From a virus (Duplodnaviria > Heunggongvirae > Uroviricota > Caudoviricetes), in IMG/VR virus record IMGVR_UViG_2648501669_000009, positions 1 to 6,663 of that record: a DNA stretch of 6,663 bases. One strand, 5' to 3'. The notes under the pieces were generated by a model. That model was not told the origin of the DNA. It was given only the letters and a program-made list of their open reading frames with translations, and made no database searches. The position numbers and the translations under genes are program-made. Within the stretch, counting starts at the first letter, position 1. Each line of letters begins with the position of its first letter. Positions 1-5,847 of the stretch are shown here, in pieces.

Positions 1-191
1 TTGTGCAGTGTGTTGAACGACGCCCATACCACGTCGTTATACAATTCAATAACTGGCTCAATTATTTTCCCGATTGCCCAGACAAAAATTAGAGGGGATA
101 TCGGTATCATTAACACGATAAACAGAATGAGAAACAGAAATTCTGTTGTTCTACTCTTTCGTGGATATTTTTTTCTGAATAATGTGACCAT
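1..191 (-). CDS. Partial CDS (first 63 codons, continues past window start): predicted small membrane protein
   Basis: Reverse-complementing 1-191 gives ATG at 191-189 and an open frame to position 1: MVTLFRKKYPRKSRTTEFLFLILFIVLMIPISPLIFVWAIGKIIEPVIELYNDVVWASFNTLH. It has a basic N-terminus followed by about 25 hydrophobic residues (one likely TM helix). It is absent from the ORF track because no stop lies in the window. AGGAGG (minus, 219-214) sits upstream, separated from the ATG by a GC hairpin. The start is uncertain (an ATG at 110 is also in frame). Confidence 0.4.
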   Translation of the reverse strand, partial: MVTLFRKKYPRKSRTTEFLFLILFIVLMIPISPLIFVWAIGKIIEPVIELYNDVVWASFNTLH

Positions 192-197
192 TCATTA

Positions 198-219
198 CCG
201 CCCTTTCGGGCGGCCTCCT
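198..219 (-). promoter_or_regulatory. Shine-Dalgarno AGGAGG plus a 6-bp GC stem with GAAA loop placed between the SD and the ATG at 191
   Basis: Plus strand 198-213 is ccgccctttcgggcgg (minus-strand RNA CCGCCC-GAAA-GGGCGG) and plus 214-219 is cctcct (minus AGGAGG). The linear SD-to-AUG distance is 22 nt, but about 6 nt if the hairpin folds. Confidence 0.35.
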
Positions 220-253
220 GATGTTTTGAGGGTGCAGGAATCCCTCCGGTTAA

Positions 254-280
254 GGATTTAATAAAAATCACTTCTGATTT
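254..280 (-). terminator. Weak hairpin with U-rich tail downstream of the 319-630 gene (possible partial terminator)
   Basis: Plus 265-280 is aaatca-cttc-tgattt, a perfect 6-bp inverted repeat with a 4-nt loop. On the minus strand it is followed by UUAUUAAAUCC. The stem is A/U-rich, so termination would be weak. Confidence 0.25.
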
Positions 281-318
281 AAATTTTCAGTGTTTTGTTG
301 CCAGGTGATTTATCGCCT

Positions 319-630
319 TTACGCTTCAGCCTTATTTCTCAGCCATACACAAACAGGACCATCTTCAGTGTCATGAATGGAACCAATGAACCAGCCATCG
401 CCCTCTGGTCGTTCCGGTTCCCATGCTGAAATATCAGGGCCATCTGCGTCCAGGTTAAAATCATCTTCATCCATAGTGCAGATAGTCCACTGAAGATTAT
501 TTGCCTCCATCCACGCGTTAAATTCCTCTGTGGAAATATATTCACGACCTGCGCAAAACTTTTCATACTCAGGATGTGTCCAGCAGCCATATTCATCACG
601 TACTACTGGTATTTCTTTAATTTCATTCAT
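319..630 (-). CDS. Hypothetical acidic protein, 103 aa (phage accessory; family not recognised)
   Basis: ORF MNEIKEIPVVRDEY...VWLRNKAEA. Its ATG at 630 overlaps the upstream stop in an ATGAATGA arrangement, with GGGAGA about 6 nt upstream. Very acidic and Trp-rich. Confidence 0.7.
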   Translation of the reverse strand: MNEIKEIPVVRDEYGCWTHPEYEKFCAGREYISTEEFNAWMEANNLQWTICTMDEDDFNLDADGPDISAWEPERPEGDGWFIGSIHDTEDGPVCVWLRNKAEA

Positions 631-877
631 TTCTGTTCTCCCACGTTTTCAGACTTTCACCACAGAACGGACAAAATGAAACCCGCACTGGTGATTTAGA
701 AAATTCACCGGAACGCAACATCACCAAATCAGGGCCGCGAGTTAAACTCTCATTCCAGATTTTGTATATCAGCAGACCTTTTCGCGTCGTGTATTCAGCA
801 TCATGCTCAAGGGATTTTGCCAGTGCCGTACACGGTTCTATCTTGTTGCCATTAATTTGGCATTTTGACTCACTCAC
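623..877 (-). CDS. Hypothetical Cys-containing small protein, 84 aa (putative zinc-binding)
   Basis: The track ORF 623-910 begins at a TTG inside the upstream gene. A GTG at 877-875 is preceded by AGGAGA plus a 6-nt spacer and overlaps the upstream TGA as GTGA, so it is the preferred start. The product (VSESKCQ...FCPFCGESLKTWENRNE) has Cys6, Cys16 and a C-terminal CPFC, a possible split zinc site. Confidence 0.6.
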   Translation of the reverse strand: MSESKCQINGNKIEPCTALAKSLEHDAEYTTRKGLLIYKIWNESLTRGPDLVMLRSGEFSKSPVRVSFCPFCGESLKTWENRNE

Positions 878-1341
878 TGGTTGTCTCCTTTGCGAATCTG
901 TTCCGCACAATGCAACAATGCTTCTGTCACTTCCTTAAGCGTTACAGTATCGGCATCATCCAGTTCTGCAACTTTTGCATGCCTGACAAACGCCGCGCGA
1001 AGCTCGTTAAACGCCACCGCCTGTATATCAGCCAGGAAAGCGTCAGTAGCTGGCGTTTCAGGCTTGAATCCATTTGCATCGCGTGGGCTGATGTCATCGC
1101 TTGTATAAATAAAGCAATCATCCTTAATGAATTTATTTAACCCCACATTCTCCACTGCCAGCGTCGCAAAATTAGCTTCCAGTTCTGCAATGCGTTTGCT
1201 TTGGGCTTCCCGTTCATCCAGCAGTTCCAACACAACCTGAGGTGTGACTTTCATGCGAAATGCCAGCAATTTTTGTGGTGTGGCTGCGATTTTTATTGCT
1301 TCTGCCACATCACGCAGTACCTGGTAATTAATGTTGCTCAC
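874..1341 (-). CDS. Coiled-coil protein, 155 aa, possibly Ead/Ea22-like
   Basis: The track ORF starts at ATG 1368 with no RBS. A GTG at 1341-1339 is preceded by AGGAGG (plus 1348-1353 cctcct) with a 6-nt spacer. The product (VSNINYQVLRDVAEAIK...ELEANFATLAVENVG...) has a predicted coiled-coil N-terminal half. The Ea22 resemblance is from memory only. Confidence 0.65.
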   Translation of the reverse strand: MSNINYQVLRDVAEAIKIAATPQKLLAFRMKVTPQVVLELLDEREAQSKRIAELEANFATLAVENVGLNKFIKDDCFIYTSDDISPRDANGFKPETPATDAFLADIQAVAFNELRAAFVRHAKVAELDDADTVTLKEVTEALLHCAEQIRKGDNQ

Positions 1342-1633
1342 TGGTTGCCTCCTGGAAAATAACTGCATGCCCCAGCTTCTCCGCCAGTGCCAGTTCCGCC
1401 TTAGCGCCTGCTGACCGCTGCCAGCCTTTCAGCATGTAAATCGCATCCACACAACGAATCATTGCCATGCAAATATCCATGTAGTGTGGCTGTGTCAGTC
1501 CGTCCGGAAGTACTGCCGGGTTTAAGACTGTATGCCCTTCCCGTTTCAGTTCCTCTTCCGCCTTGTGAAACGCCTCACGGTTGAAATTTTCATATCCCGT
1601 CATTGGACCGGCGATATAAACCCTCACCCTCAC
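1328..1633 (-). CDS. DUF4406-type protein (nucleoside 2-deoxyribosyltransferase-like fold), 101 aa
   Basis: The N-terminus MRVRVYIAGPMTGYENFN matches the YIAGPMTG signature I associate with the DUF4406 family. GTG start at 1633 with AGGAGG 8 nt upstream; it overlaps the upstream stop as GTGA. Confidence 0.8.
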   Translation of the reverse strand: MRVRVYIAGPMTGYENFNREAFHKAEEELKREGHTVLNPAVLPDGLTQPHYMDICMAMIRCVDAIYMLKGWQRSAGAKAELALAEKLGHAVIFQEATSEQH

Positions 1634-1947
1634 TCCTGTATCCTCCTGTCGAAATAAACATAGTTATTCACCGTGCGCAGCGGCATTTCGAGTTTTTCCG
1701 CTATCTCGCGACGAGAAATACCCTGCTCATGTAGCTTTCGTATCAGCTCAACACTGCTCCAGGGGATTTTTACCGACTGATGAAAATCACCTCGCAATAT
1801 CAGACTGATACCCAGTTCCCGCGCTTTTGTTCTTACTGCCACCTCCGTGCGACCAGTCAGTTTCCCGATATCTTTCACCCGCATGGTGCCAGCACACTGC
1901 CGGAGTATCAGAATTTCAGCCCTGCACCACTTCTTCCAGTTGCTCAC
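1630..1947 (-). CDS. Small DNA-binding protein with helix-turn-helix motifs, 105 aa (alternative start ATG 1884 gives 84 aa)
   Basis: The track ORF 1630-2034 overlaps the upstream gene by 80 nt. A GTG at 1947-1945 lies 5 nt after the upstream TAA and shares the GTGAGCAAC start context of the gene at 1341. HTH-like segments: GKLTGRTEVAVRTKARELGI and ISRREIAEKLEMPLRTVNNYV (NinH-like pattern). The start is not certain. Confidence 0.55.
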   Translation of the reverse strand: MSNWKKWCRAEILILRQCAGTMRVKDIGKLTGRTEVAVRTKARELGISLILRGDFHQSVKIPWSSVELIRKLHEQGISRREIAEKLEMPLRTVNNYVYFDRRIQE

Positions 1948-1952
1948 TGCTG

Positions 1953-2693
1953 TTACTCTCTGGTGGCAGTAATCTGTCGGAGAATATCCCGGTACTTGTT
2001 CAGCTCCCGCAGCGCGGCACAGACTCGCTCCCATTTCCGGATATCACTTTTCGCCCGACGCAGCTCGCGGTTTGCCTGTCGCAGCGATGGCAGAACCAGA
2101 TTATCCACTCGCTTCTCAAGCGGCTGCACAATGTCTGCCACAGTTTCTGTTTTAATATCTTCCTGTGTTGCAGCTTCCTGTACTGGTAACGCAACACATG
2201 CAGGCTGAGGAAAGGCTTTACCATCAGTTTCCGCTACCGATGCCGCTTTCGGCTCTGCTGGTAAATTACCGCCCGGCATGCAGTAGCGAAATTTACCGTT
2301 CTGGTTTACGCGTGCCAGCCGCCCCGTTGCGGTTACTACCGCCAGCGTGGAAGCAACCTTGCGAGTGCTGACACCGAACTTACCCGCCAGTTCCTCACAC
2401 GTTTTAGCTCCCTCCTGACCGATAAACTCAATCATCATGTCAGCGGTAACTTTTCGTTCGACCTCCCTGGTTAGCACATCCTGTACTTCAGATTGTGCTG
2501 GCTGCTCTTCGGCTACCCCTGATTCACCTTCGCCAGCCACACGCCAGGTGTATACGCTTTTATCAACGAAGCCAGCCTTTTTCAGTTCCCACAGCTCGTT
2601 CAGTACTTCTTCACGACTGATATCAAGTCGCGCAGCCAGCTCTACCGACGTGGCTTTTCCCATCGCTTTCAGTGCGTCAAAAACAGTCTCCAT
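1953..2693 (-). CDS. Tandem winged-helix-like protein with C-terminal coiled coil, 246 aa (phage early protein, function unknown)
   Basis: The track start (2744) overlaps the DnaC-like gene. The internal ATG at 2693-2691 has GGGAGG 8 nt upstream and sits 22 nt after the DnaC-like stop. Two similar segments ([30 protein letters not shown] and [34 protein letters not shown]) precede a basic, heptad-like C-terminus. Confidence 0.75.
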   Translation of the reverse strand: METVFDALKAMGKATSVELAARLDISREEVLNELWELKKAGFVDKSVYTWRVAGEGESGVAEEQPAQSEVQDVLTREVERKVTADMMIEFIGQEGAKTCEELAGKFGVSTRKVASTLAVVTATGRLARVNQNGKFRYCMPGGNLPAEPKAASVAETDGKAFPQPACVALPVQEAATQEDIKTETVADIVQPLEKRVDNLVLPSLRQANRELRRAKSDIRKWERVCAALRELNKYRDILRQITATRE

Positions 2694-2715
2694 TAAAATT
2701 TCCTCCCGGTAAAAA

Positions 2716-3462
2716 TTACTTCTCAATACCTGGCTGACCAACATTCGGGCGCCAGCTCTCCCAGTTAAAATTCACCCATCGCCCGCCGTTCATGGTCATG
2801 CGATCCATAATCCGCTCGCCGAGCAATGTTTTCATGGCCTCATAGTTCAGGTTTGTCAGCATTCCCACGCTGCGCATCGACGCTGTCCGGCGATCAACAA
2901 TCTGGTGCAGTACCACCTGCTCGTTTTTCGTCTCGCGCTGAATGCCAATTTCATCAAGAACCAGCAGATCCACTTCGCACAGTTCCCGCAAAAATTTTTC
3001 GCCTGATTGCCCGTCGTCATAGCTGGCGTGTAGAGCACTCATAACATCAGCCACGGTAACCACAATCACTGTCTGGCCATCTTTCAGCAGGCGATTCCCG
3101 ATAGCCGCCGCTAAGTGGTTTTTCCCGGTACCAGGTTTTCCGCTGAATGCGAAATTTGTGCATCCGGTCATCAGTTCATCGGCGATGGATTTCACCTGGC
3201 TCAACGCGTATCGCTGGCCGTCATTCTGCACCTGGTAATTCGCAAACGAGCACTTGCGGTGCAACGGCTGGATGCCGGAGCGATTCAGAATTTTTTCCAC
3301 CCGCAACTGACGATTCTGGCGGTTGATCTCCTCGCAACGCTTCTGGCCTTCTGCAAGTTGCCACTCGCGCCACTCGTCCACTGTTCGGTATGGCGCGGTT
3401 ACATGCTGCGGAGCCAGCTTACGGATGCGTTCAAGAACACCGCCTGTCGCAATATTTTTCAT
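2716..3462 (-). CDS. DnaC-like AAA+ helicase loader (lambda P functional analogue; YdaV-type replication protein)
   Basis: Walker [16 protein letters not shown] and Walker B LLVLDEIG, 248 aa. The ATG at 3462 follows the O-like stop by 6 nt, with a GGGGG SD. Confidence 0.9.
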   Translation of the reverse strand: MKNIATGGVLERIRKLAPQHVTAPYRTVDEWREWQLAEGQKRCEEINRQNRQLRVEKILNRSGIQPLHRKCSFANYQVQNDGQRYALSQVKSIADELMTGCTNFAFSGKPGTGKNHLAAAIGNRLLKDGQTVIVVTVADVMSALHASYDDGQSGEKFLRELCEVDLLVLDEIGIQRETKNEQVVLHQIVDRRTASMRSVGMLTNLNYEAMKTLLGERIMDRMTMNGGRWVNFNWESWRPNVGQPGIEK

Positions 3463-3468
3463 GCTTCG

Positions 3469-4416
3469 TTACCCCCTGAATCCCGGCGGAATTTCGGCGT
3501 CCGGCTCGGAAATATGATTCACGCAACGCTGTACAGGCGAACGCCCCAGACGAATAACCAGCTCATCCCATTTTTCGCGAAGCTTTGACGGGCTCATGAC
3601 GTTTTTTACCCAGAATGGATCCCGCTGTGCCCGACCAAACATTTCGCAAATTTGCCTGTGAGTTCTGCCATCAAGCATCCGCATTGTGCGCACGTCATTG
3701 GCCCATGCAGTCCAGTTGGGTTCTTTCGGTCGCATGATTTCGCCATCATCGCTGGCAGCCTGCTCGTAAAGACTCACGATTCGTCCCCAGATCCACTGCG
3801 CACACGCCAAATCTTCCTGGCTGCCCCACTGGCGTTTTTTCGCACTGAACACAACCGCGTCAGGGTGTCGGGTTAAAAAATCCTGTTCAGCCGTCTGCGG
3901 GTCCGGTTGCGAAGCGTCCGGACGAAAAGATCTTTTATCTGACGGATCAGGTTTTAATACTGACGGATCGGGGCCAACCATCGCCCCCCTAACCGGATGT
4001 TTTTTATCAACGGTTGATCCATCAAAATTTGAGGGGTCAACCGTTGAGGGGTCAATATTTGACGGGTCATTTTTTACCGGGTTAATTTTTCTTTTCGGTT
4101 TATATGCCTCACGCGCCGCCGCTGCTGCTGCTTCGAGTTTTTCCACATTAAGACGGTAGATATTGCTTTCATTACGCCCACCGACCTTACGTTCTTCCTT
4201 CGTCAGCCAGCCGTTCTTTTCCAGTTCTGCTATCGCAGCTTTAACCGTTGATTCACTCTTTGCCCCAATCTGACGACGAATGGTCTCCACTGCAGGCCAT
4301 GACACACCTTCGTCATTGCTGTAATCTGCAAGGCGAGCCATTACTGCCACCCTGGATAAGATCATGCCGGTGAAGGCGCACCCTTCCCAGACAAGACCAT
4401 GAAGCTTGCTGCTCAT
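3469..4416 (-). CDS. Phage replication initiation protein (lambda O-like: N-terminal winged-helix DNA-binding domain, repeat/poly-Ala linker, C-terminal domain)
   Basis: 315 aa. The N-terminal domain is HTH-like (VSWPAVETIRRQIGAKSESTVKAAIAELEKNGWL). The central region encodes EAAAAAARE and DPS repeats (DPSNIDPSTVDPSNFDGSTVD) that coincide with DNA iterons. It sits immediately upstream of the DnaC-like gene. GGAG SD 7 nt before ATG 4416. Confidence 0.85.
   Translation of the reverse strand: MSSKLHGLVWEGCAFTGMILSRVAVMARLADYSNDEGVSWPAVETIRRQIGAKSESTVKAAIAELEKNGWLTKEERKVGGRNESNIYRLNVEKLEAAAAAAREAYKPKRKINPVKNDPSNIDPSTVDPSNFDGSTVDKKHPVRGAMVGPDPSVLKPDPSDKRSFRPDASQPDPQTAEQDFLTRHPDAVVFSAKKRQWGSQEDLACAQWIWGRIVSLYEQAASDDGEIMRPKEPNWTAWANDVRTMRMLDGRTHRQICEMFGRAQRDPFWVKNVMSPSKLREKWDELVIRLGRSPVQRCVNHISEPDAEIPPGFRG
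3940..4074. repeat. Iteron-like direct repeats (core TGA[C/G]GG[A/G]TCA, at least 5 copies) inside the O-like gene, followed by an AT-rich tract: putative prophage replication origin
   Basis: Copies at 3940-3949 tgacggatca, 3961-3970 tgacggatcg, 4030-4039 tgaggggtca, 4045-4054 tgaggggtca and 4060-4069 tgacgggtca, the last three as tandem 15-bp units. Inverted repeats tcaacggttga (4008-4018) and tcaaccgttga (4037-4047). AT-rich tract about 4069-4105. Confidence 0.6.
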
Positions 4417-4440
4417 AAAAAAACTCCGAACACCGTGCTT

Positions 4441-4866
4441 TTAGTGCATCACCAAGGCATTTCCCGCCGGACCACCACGATTCATCTGATTGAAACCAGC
4501 GATCGCCACTGCGACAAAATCATCAGCGTCTCTCACCAGTCGTTCCCGCGTCTCCACCAGCTCCCGAAACCAGGCTGAACTGTGGCTGCGCATTCGGGCC
4601 ACCAGCAGAGGAGGCATTGCTTTTTCGATCGCTGGTAACAACGCCTGAATTTTTTTAACCGCATCAGGGGTGTCTTTCTCCACCCAGCGGAAAATTTTCT
4701 GAGTATTGCGAGCCAGGGCTTCCGGATGGCTGTCGTCATATAATTCCGGGAACGTCATACCCAGCTCAAAATAAGCCCGGGTTATTTCAGCTGCCGGAAC
4801 TTTTTCACCGTCCGGATGCGCCCAGGCATTCATCGCCATGCGGATGTGTTCATGCTTGATTTTCAT
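4441..4866 (-). CDS. ydaT: YdaT-family protein (CII-like regulator of Rac/CP-933P-type prophages), 141 aa
   Basis: N-terminus MKIKHEHI. Its ATG overlaps the ydaS-like stop as ATGA (4866-4863). Second gene of the rightward-early-type operon, directly before the O-like gene. Confidence 0.8.
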   Translation of the reverse strand: MKIKHEHIRMAMNAWAHPDGEKVPAAEITRAYFELGMTFPELYDDSHPEALARNTQKIFRWVEKDTPDAVKKIQALLPAIEKAMPPLLVARMRSHSSAWFRELVETRERLVRDADDFVAVAIAGFNQMNRGGPAGNALVMH

Positions 4867-5165
4867 GAATCAACTCCATCAGATAAGCATGCACTACAAT
4901 CACCTTCAGCATGAACTACATGTGTTTGCCCCAAACGAATGCCGCTCGCATACTCAGGCCAAATAAGCTCCCAATCATGGGGTCGTAGCTCCGCCCTACT
5001 TACTTGGCCTTCCGTCGCAGATTCGATCATAAGGGCGCGGGTTGGAGATATAGCTGCTCGTCCAGACGCCATTTGCGATAAGTAAGATGGCGATACACCA
5101 AGTCTGGCCGCGAATTTCTTAGCATCACCAACCCTCAATGATTTAATAAACTCTTTTAATGTCAT
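4863..5165 (-). CDS. ydaS: YdaS-family Cro-like HTH regulator, 100 aa
   Basis: HTH DAKKFAARLGVSPSYLSQMASGRAAISPTRALMIESAT. First gene transcribed divergently from the repressor gene. GAGGAAGG SD before ATG 5165. Confidence 0.8.
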   Translation of the reverse strand: MTLKEFIKSLRVGDAKKFAARLGVSPSYLSQMASGRAAISPTRALMIESATEGQVSRAELRPHDWELIWPEYASGIRLGQTHVVHAEGDCSACLSDGVDS

Positions 5166-5175
5166 ACCTTCCTCG

Positions 5176-5251
5176 GTTTAGTGTTTTTTTGTGAGTTTAG
5201 TGTTTAATAAACCATTAAGTCAAGTATTTGCTTGTTTAGTGATTACTAAAG
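5176..5251. promoter_or_regulatory. OR-like operator cluster: three 18-bp sites each starting GTTTAGTG
   Basis: Sites at 5176-5193 gtttagtgtttttttgtg, 5195-5212 gtttagtgtttaataaac (GTTTA-N8-TAAAC dyad) and 5234-5251 gtttagtgattactaaag, all in the 97-bp interval between the divergent ydaS-like and repressor genes. Confidence 0.5.
5194..5223 (-). promoter_or_regulatory. PR-like sigma70 promoter for the ydaS-ydaT-O-DnaC operon
   Basis: Minus-strand -35 TTGACT (plus 5218-5223), 18-nt spacer, -10 TAAACT (plus 5194-5199). The operator at 5195-5212 covers the spacer and -10. Confidence 0.4.
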
Positions 5252-5256
5252 ATAAT
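5228..5256 (+). promoter_or_regulatory. PRM-like promoter for the repressor operon; predicted leaderless mRNA
   Basis: -35 TTGCTT (5228-5233), 17-nt spacer, -10 GATAAT (5251-5256). The ATG at 5263 lies 6 nt after the -10 with no SD, so the transcript would start at or next to the start codon. Confidence 0.45.
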
Positions 5257-5262
5257 TACCGC

Positions 5263-5634
5263 ATGCAAAAAAAAGAAATTCGCCGTTTACGTCTCAAGGA
5301 GTGGTTTAAAGATAAAACTCTGCCACCCAAAGAGAAGAGCTACCTATCTCAACTAATGAGTGGGAGGGCCTCGTTTGGAGAAAAGGCTGCCAGAAGAATA
5401 GAGCAAACATACGGGATGCCGGAAGGGTATCTGGATGCGGAATACGCAGAACAACCGGAAGTTTCTCCACCACATGCAGGGTTAACGTCTAATCAACTGG
5501 AATTATTGCAGATTTTTTCAGCCTTCCCTGAGGATGAGCAACGCCAGATAATCAGCGAGTTAAAGCAGAAAAAAGAATCAATGGAAGATCTCATAGCGAG
5601 ATGGATTGCGGCGCAAAAATGCCGCCGCGCCTGA
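5263..5634 (+). CDS. paaR2: XRE-family HTH repressor (CI-like prophage repressor; PaaR2-type regulator of a three-gene TA operon), 123 aa
   Basis: The track ORF begins at GTG 5191, only 25 nt from the divergent gene. The ATG at 5263 leaves room for both promoters. HTH KSYLSQLMSGRASFGEKAARRIEQTYGMPEGYLD. Divergent from the Cro-like gene and followed by an antitoxin-toxin pair. Confidence 0.7.
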   Translation: MQKKEIRRLRLKEWFKDKTLPPKEKSYLSQLMSGRASFGEKAARRIEQTYGMPEGYLDAEYAEQPEVSPPHAGLTSNQLELLQIFSAFPEDEQRQIISELKQKKESMEDLIARWIAAQKCRRA

Positions 5635-5654
5635 GTTATAAAACCGGAGGAAAC

Positions 5655-5846
5655 ATGAATAGAGCCCTTTCACCAATGGTTTCTGAATTTGAAACCATTG
5701 AACAAGAAAACAGTTACAACGAATGGCTGCGTGCGAAAGTAGCAACGAGCCTTGCAGATCCGCGCCCAGCAATTCCCCATGACGAAGTTGAGCGCAGAAT
5801 GGCAGAACGCTTTGCTAAAATGCGCAAGGAACGGAGCAAGCAGTAA
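5655..5846 (+). CDS. paaA2: PaaA2-type antitoxin, 63 aa
   Basis: The track ORF starts at ATG 5601 inside the repressor gene. The ATG at 5655 is preceded by GGAGGA (5645-5650). The 63-aa product (MNRALSPMVSEFETIEQENSYNEWLRAKVATSLADPRPAIPHDEVERRMAERFAKMRKERSKQ) matches the length and character I recall for PaaA2. Confidence 0.8.
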   Translation: MNRALSPMVSEFETIEQENSYNEWLRAKVATSLADPRPAIPHDEVERRMAERFAKMRKERSKQ

Positions 5847-5847
5847 A

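Noticed and set aside
198-246. The GC hairpins at 198-213 and 228-246 as intrinsic terminators
   Set aside because: Neither is followed directly by a U-tract on either strand (plus: cctcctgatgtttt; minus: uaaugaaugg), so they look more like leader or RBS structure than terminators.
1-261. Plus-strand ORF 1-261 (86 aa, TTG start at position 1)
   Set aside because: It is antisense to the better-supported minus-strand membrane ORF, starts exactly at the window edge with a non-ATG codon, has no RBS, and its translation has no recognisable motifs.
2101-2109. DnaA-box-like 9-mer TTATCCACT within the 1953-2693 coding region
   Set aside because: It is a single 8-of-9 match inside a coding sequence, with no clustering and no adjacent AT-rich unwinding element; the iteron region in the O-like gene is the better origin candidate.
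865-3588. Plus-strand ORFs inside the minus-strand genes (865-1140, 881-1108, 1780-2208, 1827-2189, 2165-2371, 2437-2712, 2826-3044, 3115-3588, 3323-3517, 3652-3876) and minus-strand ORFs 339-599, 2000-2224, 2856-3038, 4533-4739, 5578-5772, 6363-6590
   Set aside because: All are antisense or out of frame within well-supported genes, lack RBSs, and give low-complexity Ser/Cys/Arg-rich translations typical of spurious frames.
4555-4562. Chi site (GCTGGTGG on the minus strand) inside the ydaT-like gene
   Set aside because: A single Chi octamer in 6.6 kb of E. coli-type DNA is about the chance expectation, so no special significance is claimed.
5191-5262. GTG start at 5191 for the repressor gene (147-aa version in the track)
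   Set aside because: It would leave only 25 bp between divergent genes, so the N-terminal extension would be encoded by the operator/promoter DNA itself. The ATG at 5263 gives a compact XRE-type repressor and fits the -10 at 5251-5256.
5601-5654. Upstream in-frame ATG (5601) extending the antitoxin to 81 aa, and ATG 5752 extending the toxin to 124 aa
   Set aside because: Both extensions overlap the preceding gene and lack an SD. The internal starts (5655 with GGAGGA; 5848 right after the antitoxin stop) give the 63-aa and 92-aa sizes expected for this TA family.
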